Of a DNA stretch of 61,736 nt, positions 17,706-28,337 are shown piece after piece. The stretch is from Gemmatimonadota bacterium (GTDB lineage Bacteria; Gemmatimonadota; Gemmatimonadetes; Palauibacterales; Palauibacteraceae). The translations under genes were made by a program, and so were the position numbers. The notes under the pieces are model-generated. The model had not been told where the DNA came from. It saw only the letters and a list, made by a program, of their open reading frames with translations, and did no database searches. The stretch is taken from the NCBI GenBank assembly GCA_036476995.1, contig JAZGCO010000084.1, positions 1 to 61,736 of the forward strand, given 5' to 3'. Position 1 is the stretch's first letter; each line of letters starts with the position of its first letter.

Positions 17706-19778
17706 GTGACCCATCGCAACCGGCTCGCAGACGAGCAGAGCCCATATCTACTGCAGCACGCGTCCAACCCCGTGGACTGGTTCCCCTGGGGCCGGGAAGC
17801 GCTGGAGCGAGCACGCGATCTCGACCGGCCAGTATTCCTGTCGATCGGGTACTCGACCTGTCACTGGTGCCATGTCATGGAACGCGAGTCGTTCGAGGAC
17901 GAAGAGGTGGCGGCGCTGATGAACGAGGCGTTCATCAACATCAAGGTAGACCGCGAAGAACGCTCCGATATTGATTCCATCTACATGAGGGTGTGTCAAC
18001 TGATGACCGGCAGCGGAGGCTGGCCCCTTACCGTGGTGATGACCCCCAGCGGCGAGCCCTTCTTCACGGGTACTTATTTCCCCAAACACAGCCGGTCGGG
18101 CCGGCTCGGGATGACCGATCTAATCCCCCGAATCCAGTCAGTGTGGCAGCAGCGGCGTGCCGAAATCGTACAATCGGCCCAGCACACGACGCGCGTCCTC
18201 CGCGATCTGTCTCAGGTGCCGCCTACGGGCGAGCCCACCGCGGAAGACCTACAGGAAGCCCACGATCGGTTGTGCTCTTCATACGATCCGCGGTTCGGCG
18301 GGTTCGGGCCGGCCCCGAAGTTTCCCTCGCCTCACACACTCATGTTTGTTCTCCGCCAGTGGTGCCGGACGTCCGACGACGCCTCACTCGAGATGGTCGA
18401 TTCGACTCTGAAGGCCATGCGCCGTGGCGGGATTTTCGACCATGTCGGATACGGTTTCCACAGGTACTCCACGGACTCCGAGTGGCTGGTCCCGCACTTC
18501 GAAAAAATGCTGTACGATCAGGCACTGCACATCATGGCCTACACCGAGGCCTATCAGGCGACCGGCGAAGCCGTGTTCTCGCGGACGGCGAGCGAGACGA
18601 TCGAGTACGTCAGACGGGATCTCCTGGACTCCGGCGGGGCCTTCTATTCAGCCGAAGACGCAGACAGCGAGGGAGAGGAAGGTAAATTCTATGTCTGGAC
18701 AGAGGCGGAGCTTCGAGCCTGTCTTCCGCCGGTAGAATTCGACGCCGTGTTCTCGAAATTCACTGTGGCAGCGGCCGGCAATTTCCGGGATGAGGCAACC
18801 GGTCGGCTGACGGGGGCCAACATCCTACACCTGTCGGGCGAGTGGCTCCCGGAGGAGGAAGCCGAGACTGACTCCGACTCCGTACTCTCGTCCGCGCGCC
18901 GCAGGCTGTTGGCCGTGCGGTCGCAGCGGGTACGGCCCCACCTGGACGACAAGATCCTGACCGACTGGAACGGTCTGATGATCGCCGCGCTGGCCAAGGC
19001 TCACTCGGCGCTCGGATTTGCCGAATACGGGGAGATGGCGACGGGTGTGGCTGACTTCCTGCTGACGACGATGCGAGGCGACAGCGGCCGCCTGCTGCAC
19101 CGGTACCGGGCCGGAGAAGCAGCGATCGACGCAACCGCGGACGACTACGCGTTCTTGATTTGGGGGCTACTCGAGCTGTACGCCTCCACGGTCGAGCCGC
19201 GCTGGCTCCGGGCCGCACTCGAGCTGTCCCAGGAACTCGCCCGCGGCTTCGAGGATGTGGACGGTGGTGGGGTTTTCCTGACGGCGGACGACGCTGAACC
19301 GTTGATCGTCCGTCCCAAGGAGACACAGGACGGAGCGCTGCCATCAGCGAACTCGGTCACCTACCACAATCTGCAGCGCCTGTTTCGTCTCACCGCCGAT
19401 CACGTGCACGCGGAGAGAGCAGACCGGCTGGCCCGGGGGCTGTCCGGATTCGTGGCCGCAGCGCCACTCGGGCACCTTCATTTTCTGTCCGGAGCCGAGT
19501 TTGCGCTCGGTCCGATTCGGGAACTGGTCGTTGTCGGGGAGCCCGGCGCGTCAGACACAGACGCTCTCCTGCGCGTGGCCAGACAGGGATTCCGTCCTCG
19601 GCTTGTGTGGCTCTTCAAAGCCCCGGGTGAGGCGGGAGAAGAACTGGCTGAGCTCGCACCGTTTACCCGGGATCTCACGCGCCAAGACGGGAGGGCAACG
19701 GCTTACCTGTGCGAAGAATTCGCGTGCGGCCTCCCTGTCCATGAGCCAGATGAGCTTATGGAACGACTTGGTCTCTAG
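17706..19778 (+). CDS. YyaL/SSP411 (DUF255) thioredoxin-domain plus six-hairpin protein
   Basis: [52 protein letters not shown] and DDKILTDWN motifs. Confidence 0.93.
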   Translation: MTHRNRLADEQSPYLLQHASNPVDWFPWGREALERARDLDRPVFLSIGYSTCHWCHVMERESFEDEEVAALMNEAFINIKVDREERSDIDSIYMRVCQLMTGSGGWPLTVVMTPSGEPFFTGTYFPKHSRSGRLGMTDLIPRIQSVWQQRRAEIVQSAQHTTRVLRDLSQVPPTGEPTAEDLQEAHDRLCSSYDPRFGGFGPAPKFPSPHTLMFVLRQWCRTSDDASLEMVDSTLKAMRRGGIFDHVGYGFHRYSTDSEWLVPHFEKMLYDQALHIMAYTEAYQATGEAVFSRTASETIEYVRRDLLDSGGAFYSAEDADSEGEEGKFYVWTEAELRACLPPVEFDAVFSKFTVAAAGNFRDEATGRLTGANILHLSGEWLPEEEAETDSDSVLSSARRRLLAVRSQRVRPHLDDKILTDWNGLMIAALAKAHSALGFAEYGEMATGVADFLLTTMRGDSGRLLHRYRAGEAAIDATADDYAFLIWGLLELYASTVEPRWLRAALELSQELARGFEDVDGGGVFLTADDAEPLIVRPKETQDGALPSANSVTYHNLQRLFRLTADHVHAERADRLARGLSGFVAAAPLGHLHFLSGAEFALGPIRELVVVGEPGASDTDALLRVARQGFRPRLVWLFKAPGEAGEELAELAPFTRDLTRQDGRATAYLCEEFACGLPVHEPDELMERLGL

Positions 19779-20111
19779 GCGGCCGGTACGGTGCGCTCAC
19801 TGGCCCAGTTACGGAGGCTGGTCACCCGCTCGGCCATGGTAACGGAGAGTGGGACCGCTGCCCGTATCTCCCGGAGCAAAATCTCAGTATTGAGCGCAGA
19901 CTTCTCCGCGTAGGCTGTGTACAGCCCTGCCACAATGGCCTGCTCAAGTTCCGCTCCGGAGAAACCGTCACTGATTTCGACGAGTGCGTCCAAGTCGGCC
20001 AGCCGCAACCCGCCGAAGAACCTCGACGAGCCCGGATTCATCGGTCGTCTCCGCCGTGATGATAGGATAGCGAGATCGTATCAACAGGTCGAGGTCGGCG
20101 GCTGCATTCAT
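19775..20111 (-). pseudogene. Ycf46-like AAA ATPase pseudogene with a large internal deletion
   Basis: ATG at 20111 reads MNAAADLDLLIRSRYPIITAETTDE, a typical N-terminus. A different frame carries DLDALVEISDGFSGAELEQAIV...[25 protein letters not shown], a typical C-terminus. No Walker A/B lies between them. Confidence 0.8.
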
Positions 20112-20295
20112 CAGGGAAGAATACCGGAGGCCGTATGTTGCGAACAGGTGGCTTCAGGCTCGGATCGGGCAGCCTCTGGCTCTTCTTGCGGAGACCCCCC
20201 ATGGGGGTTAGCTCCCGGCACGCGCCGGGGGTTCCGGCGCGTCACCGCACCCCTGCGGTACATGGGCCCGGATTCAAGATTTTCCTCAGAACTCA

Positions 20296-21375
20296 ATGCA
20301 AGAATTCCTAAGAACTGAACTGCTCAACAATCCGCTCTCGCAATGGCTCATCGCTCTTGTCGTGTTCGGGGCTGCGCTACTCGCGTTGATGCTGCTCAGA
20401 AACCGGGTCTATGCAGTCTTGCATAGCCTGGCCAGCCGCACCGAAAACCGGATCGACGACCTGATCATCGCGACGCTGGGTGACACGAAGAAGATCTTCG
20501 GGCTTGCCGTTGCGGTCTACGCCGGTAGCCGCGTCCTCGACTTCAGTTCAGCTACCGATCGCATCATGTGGCACGTCATTGTCGCGGTGATACTCGCCCA
20601 GACAGCCATGTGGGTCGGCCGCTTGCTGCGCGAGGGCATCGACATGTATGGCAGAGGCCGGTTTGGAGAGGATGGCGGCACCCTCACTACGATTCGGGCT
20701 CTACAGTCTGTTTCGACACTTGCTGTTTGGGCCATCGCCATTCTACTCGTACTGGAAAACCTGGGGATACGCGTCAGCGCCCTGGTCGCCGGTCTGGGAA
20801 TCGGCGGCATCGCACTTGCCCTGGCCGTCCAGAGCATGCTGGCCGACCTGTTCGCATCGCTGGCGATCCTTCTGGACAAGCCATTCGTAGTGGGAGATCT
20901 GCTCGTCCTCGACGACATGATGGGAACGGTGGAGGAGATCGGACTCAAGACAACGCGGCTTCGATCCCTGTCAGGCGAGCAACTTGTGATGTCGAACTCG
21001 AATCTGCTCGACAGCCGGATCCGCAACTATGGGCGCATGGAGGAGAGGCGTGTGGCGTTCACCGTGGGCGTGACCTACCAGACATCGGCCGATGATCTGG
21101 AAGCGATACCCGATATGATCCGCGCCATTGTCGAGGCGTATCCGAATACCCGGTTTGACCGGTCACACTTCAAGACATTCGGCCCCTCGTCTCTAGATAT
21201 CGAGACCGTGTACTACGTTACGGTTCCGGACTACCAGGCCTACATGGATACTCAGCAGGCCATTAACCTGGACGTGTTCCGCCGCTTCGCCGCCGAGGAC
21301 ATCGAATTCGCCTATCCAACCCAGACTGTTTTCGTGGAGCGGTCCGGGTCGTCCGACGGACGCGCGCCGAGTTGA
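20296..21375 (+). CDS. MscS family mechanosensitive channel
   Basis: AGLGIGGIALALAVQ, DKPFVVGD, GTVEEIGLKTTRLRSLSGE and IEFAYPTQ motifs. Confidence 0.93.
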   Translation: MQEFLRTELLNNPLSQWLIALVVFGAALLALMLLRNRVYAVLHSLASRTENRIDDLIIATLGDTKKIFGLAVAVYAGSRVLDFSSATDRIMWHVIVAVILAQTAMWVGRLLREGIDMYGRGRFGEDGGTLTTIRALQSVSTLAVWAIAILLVLENLGIRVSALVAGLGIGGIALALAVQSMLADLFASLAILLDKPFVVGDLLVLDDMMGTVEEIGLKTTRLRSLSGEQLVMSNSNLLDSRIRNYGRMEERRVAFTVGVTYQTSADDLEAIPDMIRAIVEAYPNTRFDRSHFKTFGPSSLDIETVYYVTVPDYQAYMDTQQAINLDVFRRFAAEDIEFAYPTQTVFVERSGSSDGRAPS

Positions 21376-21400
21376 CGGAATCTGTGGCCAGCACTAAACT
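21372..21400 (+). promoter_or_regulatory. Sigma70-type promoter for prs-rplY-pth
   Basis: TTGACG-N17-TAAACT. Confidence 0.65.
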
Positions 21401-21439
21401 TCTCGGCTGTTTTTTGAGCCGAGCAATACAAGGAATAGC

Positions 21440-22399
21440 ATGACCGAACTCACGGCCGCCGGCACGCAGTTAATGCTGCTCGGGGGAACCGCGAACAGGC
21501 CGCTAGCGGAGAAAATAGCCAAGGAGGTAGGACAGCCTCTTTGTGACGTCACGATCCGCCGATTCGCGGATGGCGAGATCTTCGTGCGAATCGATGAAAA
21601 CGTTCGGGGCCGCGACCTATTCGTGATTCAACCCACGAACCCGCCGGCCGAGAACATAATCGAGCTTCTGTTGTTGCTGGACGCAGCCAAGCGTGCCTCT
21701 GCGGCCAGGCTAACGGCCGTCGTGCCGTACTTCGGCTACGCTCGGCAGGACCGGAAGGACCAGCCGCGAGTGTCGATCGCGGCGAAGCTGATGGCGAATC
21801 TGATCGTGGCGGCGGGTGCCGACAGATTGATCACGATCGATTTTCACCAGCACCAGCTGCAGGGATTCTTCGATATCCCGGTGGACCATCTGTACGCGGC
21901 GCCGGTGTTTAGGTCCCATTATGAGCAACAGAAGCTGGACGGGCTGGTGGTGGTGGCCACGGACGTCAGCGCCGCCAAGATGGCCCGCGGATACGCCAAG
22001 CGGCTGGATGGCGAGCTTGCAATTGTTGACAAGCGCCGGTCGAAGGCCAACGTCGCCGAGGTGATCAACGTGGTCGGCGAAGTAGAGGGTCGCCCTTGCC
22101 TGATTCCGGACGATATGATCGACACAGCCGGAACGATGGTGAACGCCGCCGCGGCGGTGCGCGAGCGCGGAGCGACTAAGGTGCTTGCTCTGGCGACCCA
22201 TGCGCTGCTCTCGGGTCCCGCCATTGAGCGGCTGGCCGGGTCTGAAATCGAGGAAATCCTGGTTTCAGACACGATCCCGATTTCGGCGGAGAAGTTCGAC
22301 GCTTTGCCCGCGCTGCGGCAGGTGTCGGTGGCCTCCCTCTTGGGTAGGGCGATCCTGAGCACGCACTACAATCAGTCGGTGAGTGTGCTGTTTAACTGA
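21440..22399 (+). CDS. prs: Ribose-phosphate pyrophosphokinase
   Basis: RFADGE, PYFGYARQDRK and DDMIDTAGT motifs. Confidence 0.97.
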   Translation: MTELTAAGTQLMLLGGTANRPLAEKIAKEVGQPLCDVTIRRFADGEIFVRIDENVRGRDLFVIQPTNPPAENIIELLLLLDAAKRASAARLTAVVPYFGYARQDRKDQPRVSIAAKLMANLIVAAGADRLITIDFHQHQLQGFFDIPVDHLYAAPVFRSHYEQQKLDGLVVVATDVSAAKMARGYAKRLDGELAIVDKRRSKANVAEVINVVGEVEGRPCLIPDDMIDTAGTMVNAAAAVRERGATKVLALATHALLSGPAIERLAGSEIEEILVSDTIPISAEKFDALPALRQVSVASLLGRAILSTHYNQSVSVLFN

Positions 22400-22424
22400 T
22401 GAGAACCGAATAGGTCAGGACCGA

Positions 22425-23096
22425 ATGGATAATCAGGTGACGCTGAAGGTCGCCAAGCGAGAGGTGACGGGAAAAACGGCAGCGCGCCAGCTGCGCCGGG
22501 AAGGCTTTGTGCCGGCGAACCTGTATGGCCGGGACGATGCATGCCAGAATCTCAAAGTGGGTCATCGTGAGCTGGAAGCCCTGGTGAGTCGAATCTCGGT
22601 AGAAAACACTCTGGTGGAGCTCGAGGTCGCGGGTTCCAAGCCGCAGACCGTGATCATCCGAGAGATTCAGAAGCACCCGTGGCGGCAGGCCATTCTTCAC
22701 GTGGACTTCCTTCACATTAAGGCGGGCGAGAAGATCAAGGTTTCGGTGCCGATACATCTAGTCGGAGCGCCCGAGGGAGTTCGAAACGAGGGCGGTATTC
22801 TCCAGCAGAACCGGCACGAGCTCGAGGTGGAGTGTCTTCCGAAGGAGATCCCCGAGGCGTTCGAGGTAGACGTGTCCGCTCTCGAGATCGGAGACTCGAT
22901 CCATGTCGCAGATATCGATTCGGGTGGTGTGACGATTCTGGACGATCCTGTCCGCACTGTGTGCACGGTTCAGCCGCCTCTGGCAGAGGAAGTCGAAGAG
23001 GTCGAGGAGGACATCGAGCTGGAGGACATGGAGCCCGAGGTCATCACGGCCCGCGAAGATGGAGACGAGGAACCGGAAGAAGCGGCGGGCGACTAG
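22425..23096 (+). CDS. rplY: 50S ribosomal protein L25/Ctc
   Basis: GKTAARQLRREG-x-VPANLYG, HVDF and GDSIHV motifs, acidic tail, prs-rplY-pth synteny. Confidence 0.95.
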   Translation: MDNQVTLKVAKREVTGKTAARQLRREGFVPANLYGRDDACQNLKVGHRELEALVSRISVENTLVELEVAGSKPQTVIIREIQKHPWRQAILHVDFLHIKAGEKIKVSVPIHLVGAPEGVRNEGGILQQNRHELEVECLPKEIPEAFEVDVSALEIGDSIHVADIDSGGVTILDDPVRTVCTVQPPLAEEVEEVEEDIELEDMEPEVITAREDGDEEPEEAAGD

Positions 23097-23152
23097 CCGA
23101 TTCTTCCTGCCGCCCGATCTGGCCTTACCCAGCCCGGCCCTGCCGAACGCTC

Positions 23153-23725
23153 TTGAAGACCATCTTTTCGATAGGCAATCCAGGAGACCGATACCGTGAC
23201 ACGCGTCACAACGCGGGTTGGTGGCTCGCGGATCATCTGGCAACTCGCTGGCGCTTCGGCCCCTACCGGCTCGCCGGCGATGCCATCTCGGTGGCAGGGC
23301 AGGTTGACGACACGCCGGCACGTATTGTTCGGCCGCTGACCTTCGTCAATCGAAGTGGCCGGGTTCTCACGGCCTTCGCCGGGGAGAGCGACTTCGACGC
23401 GGCAAGCGATCTGCTCGTGCTGGTGGACGATGTCGCACTTGAGCCAGGGCGTTTTCGACTGCGCGCCCGGGGCTCGTCAGGTGGACATCGCGGCCTCGAG
23501 TCCATCGAGGAAGCACTTAGTTCGTCCACGTACGGGAGGGTCCGGATAGGTGTCGGGCGTCCACAGGACGATCGTATCCAGATGTCGGAGTATGTGACGG
23601 CCGCACCTTTGCCATTTGAAGAAGAAACGATACTCGAGGCGTTTGAAGTGATGGCCGAGGCGATCGAGTGCTGGCTGAGAGAAGGCATCGAGCCGGCGAT
23701 GAACAGATTCAACAACTCGCACTGA
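23153..23725 (+). CDS. pth: Peptidyl-tRNA hydrolase
   Basis: GNPG..Y..TRHNAG, DDVAL, GSSGGH and RIGVGRP motifs. TTG start inferred. Confidence 0.93.
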   Translation: MKTIFSIGNPGDRYRDTRHNAGWWLADHLATRWRFGPYRLAGDAISVAGQVDDTPARIVRPLTFVNRSGRVLTAFAGESDFDAASDLLVLVDDVALEPGRFRLRARGSSGGHRGLESIEEALSSSTYGRVRIGVGRPQDDRIQMSEYVTAAPLPFEEETILEAFEVMAEAIECWLREGIEPAMNRFNNSH

Positions 23726-23739
23726 GGAGATAGGAATCC

Positions 23740-25866
<2,127 letters not shown>

Positions 25867-25901
25867 GCTGAACTAATCGGCACTGACCAAACCACCTCAA
25901 G

Positions 25902-25930
25902 TTGACCGGCGAGAGGGCGCTGACTAGCAT
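25902..25930 (+). promoter_or_regulatory. Sigma70-type promoter of the rpsF operon
   Basis: TTGACC-N17-TAGCAT. Confidence 0.65.
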
Positions 25931-25969
25931 AGGCGCCGCCGCTCGTAAGGAAAAGCGGTGCCCACATCC

Positions 25970-26021
25970 ACTCCTGCTCCGGCCATGAGGCCGGGGCCGA
26001 GCTAGACCAGAGGAGACTATG
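25970..26021 (+). promoter_or_regulatory. S6:S18 ribosomal-protein autoregulatory leader (rpsF leader)
   Basis: CTCCT anti-SD, hairpin GCTCCGGCC-ATGA-GGCCGGGGC, CCG at its 3' base, TAGACC linker, then the AGGAG SD. This is the known layout of the S6:S18-binding leader. Confidence 0.75.
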
Positions 26022-26636
26022 ACACGCGAATACGAAGTCGTGTACATCTTCAGCTCCGCTCTCTCTAACGAGGACCTCGAGAGTCGCCTGGAGCGACATC
26101 ACAAGAAAGTACTTGCAGCCGACGGCGCTGAGATCACCGCAGTCGAACACTGGGGCAAGCGGCAATTGGCCTATCCGATCGACGGCCACGTGCACGGCAA
26201 CTATGTGGTCGCGCAGTTCTCTACCGGCCCCGAAGCCCTGCCGGAATTCGAGCGGGGCCTGAAACTGGACGAGGAAGTGCTGCGCTACCTGGTCGTTCTC
26301 TCTGAGGGAGAACTTCCGACGCCGCCATCCGCCCGGTATGACAACGATGATCGCGGGTCCCGGCCCCATGACTACGAGGCGAGTGCCGAAGCGGTGCCTG
26401 CTTCCGAAGAGGCTGAGGATGAGTCCGACGCAGATGAGTCAGAGGTTGAGGCCGAGGCTACTGCAGAGTCAGAGGTTGAGGCCGAGGCTACTGCAGAGTC
26501 AGAGGCTACTGCAGAGTCAGAGGCTACTGCAGAGGTTGAAGCAGAGTCTAAGGCTCCGGCAGAGGCCCCGGCGGACGATGATCACCCTGACACTGTCGCG
26601 GATCCGGTCGAATCCGGCCCCGCGGAGGAGGACTAG
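26019..26636 (+). CDS. rpsF: 30S ribosomal protein S6 with a long acidic C-terminal extension
   Basis: [18 protein letters not shown] and VLRYLV motifs, then about 105 aa of Glu/Ala/Ser-rich tail. Confidence 0.95.
   Translation: MTREYEVVYIFSSALSNEDLESRLERHHKKVLAADGAEITAVEHWGKRQLAYPIDGHVHGNYVVAQFSTGPEALPEFERGLKLDEEVLRYLVVLSEGELPTPPSARYDNDDRGSRPHDYEASAEAVPASEEAEDESDADESEVEAEATAESEVEAEATAESEATAESEATAEVEAESKAPAEAPADDDHPDTVADPVESGPAEED
26436..26531 (+). repeat. Coding tandem repeat in the rpsF tail: 2 x 30 bp then 2 x 18 bp
   Basis: GAGTCAGAGGTTGAGGCCGAGGCTACTGCA twice (26436-26495), then GAGTCAGAGGCTACTGCA twice (26496-26531). Confidence 0.9.
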
Positions 26637-26641
26637 GTAGG

Positions 26642-26863
26642 ATGGCTGGGTTCAAGAAGGTCTGCAAGTTCTGTGAGCGCCGCGTTCGTCAGATAGACTA
26701 CAAGGACGAACACACGCTCAGTCGTTTCATAACGGATCGTGGCAAGATCCTTCCGCGGCGAGCGACAGGCGCCTGTGCTCGCCACCAGAGGCAGCTCGAT
26801 ACGGCCATCAAGAGGTGCCGGTACTTGGCGTTGATACCCTATATTCCGGGATATCATTCCTGA
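26642..26863 (+). CDS. rpsR: 30S ribosomal protein S18, zinc-binding (C+) form
   Basis: [26 protein letters not shown] and AIKR motifs. Confidence 0.97.
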   Translation: MAGFKKVCKFCERRVRQIDYKDEHTLSRFITDRGKILPRRATGACARHQRQLDTAIKRCRYLALIPYIPGYHS

Positions 26864-26908
26864 TTTCGTGATTGGGCGCAGCGTTGGCCGACTTCGCAGT
26901 AGGCCGAG

Positions 26909-27865
26909 ATGAGTGAGCGCGCCTGGACGTTTCTTCGGGCGAGTTGGCTGGTGGTGGTAGTCGTGCTGCTGTCGCCAATCAGTCCGGTCCTCCTCCTTCT
27001 GATTCCCATGGCACTGATGACTCTCGCCTTCCGCTTCCGCGAGGCGATGCTGGCGCTGGTGGCCGTACTCGTCCTGCTGTTTGTATTCCGCGGTGGCAGC
27101 GAAGCGAGCAACGCCGGCTGGATGGCAACACGCGCGTGGTGCCTACTGCTGGGTGGTGCGTTCGTGGTCATTACGATGGCCCAGAGGCATCGCTCGACAT
27201 TGACCCGGGCGATGTCCGCCAGCGCACTGGCAGGAGGCGCGGTGTTTGTGACCGGCATGGTTCGGCCCGGCAGTTTGGCTGAACTCGACTGGTGGATGGG
27301 CACGGAGATCCGCTCGGCGGCGGACTTGGCCGTCGGCATGTTCGAATCGGTACTCGGTCAGGGCGGAGATAGCGGCGAGCGGCTATCCGAGACGTTCAGG
27401 CAGGTGGTTGAGTTCCAGCAGGACACGTATCCCGCGCTTCTCGCTCTGGCTTCGGTGGCCGCGTTGTCGCTCGGATGGTTCCTGGTACACAGGTCTCGGG
27501 CCGGGAGCCGCGAGATGACAGCTGTGAGGCACTTTCGGTTCAGCAATCATCTGGTGTGGGTGTTGATTGCCGGACTGGCGCTGATCGTATTCCCGACAGG
27601 TGCGTTGGCCGACCGCGTCGGCCAGAACGCGACCCTGTTCATGGGTGCGCTGTACCTGCTGCGCGGTATGGCTATACTGATATGGATGGCCGCGGCTTCG
27701 GTCAGCAGCGCCTGGGCGGCGCTAGCTCTGTCAGCCGTCGCCATGTTGCTGTATCCGATTGTTGCTGGTACGGCCCTTGTGCTTGGACTGACAGATACGT
27801 GGGTGGACGTTCGACGTCGGCTGTCGTCCGCCCGTAATCGTGATTCGTACGACGGACCCGAATAG
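26909..27865 (+). CDS. DUF2232/YybS-like membrane protein
   Basis: Multi-TM protein between rpsR and rplI, with C-terminal LGLTDTWVDVR. Confidence 0.8.
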   Translation: MSERAWTFLRASWLVVVVVLLSPISPVLLLLIPMALMTLAFRFREAMLALVAVLVLLFVFRGGSEASNAGWMATRAWCLLLGGAFVVITMAQRHRSTLTRAMSASALAGGAVFVTGMVRPGSLAELDWWMGTEIRSAADLAVGMFESVLGQGGDSGERLSETFRQVVEFQQDTYPALLALASVAALSLGWFLVHRSRAGSREMTAVRHFRFSNHLVWVLIAGLALIVFPTGALADRVGQNATLFMGALYLLRGMAILIWMAAASVSSAWAALALSAVAMLLYPIVAGTALVLGLTDTWVDVRRRLSSARNRDSYDGPE

Positions 27866-27874
27866 GATGAGACA

Positions 27875-28324
27875 ATGGTTGAGTTGATACTGAAGAAGGA
27901 CGTGCAGGACCTGGGCATCGCCGGTGAAATCGTTGATGTCAAGGCTGGCTTCGCTCGGAACTACCTCGTTCCGCGGGGCATGGCCCTCGAGGCTACCGAA
28001 GCCAACATGAGACAGCTGACTCGGGAGCGGAGCTCCCTGGAGGAACGCAGGACACGCGCGGCCAACGAGGCCCAGGCGCTCTCAGAGAGAATTCAGGGAG
28101 TGTCGCTGGAGTTCGCGGTGAAAGCCGGAGAAGAGGGCAAGCTGTTCGGTTCGGTGACCTCAGGAGACATCGCCGCGGCGCTGGGCGACAAGGGTGTCGA
28201 GATCGACCGCCAGGTGGTCAAGCTGGGCGAGCCCATCAAGCAGCTCGGTGAGTACGATGTTTCCATCCGGCTACACCCCGATATCATTCCGGTTGTACAC
28301 GTGACCGTAGTAGCCGAAGCTTGA
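27875..28324 (+). CDS. rplI: 50S ribosomal protein L9
   Basis: VKAGFARNYLVP, GKLFGSVT and PIKQLG motifs. Confidence 0.97.
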   Translation: MVELILKKDVQDLGIAGEIVDVKAGFARNYLVPRGMALEATEANMRQLTRERSSLEERRTRAANEAQALSERIQGVSLEFAVKAGEEGKLFGSVTSGDIAAALGDKGVEIDRQVVKLGEPIKQLGEYDVSIRLHPDIIPVVHVTVVAEA

Positions 28325-28337
28325 CAGTACTGCCTCA

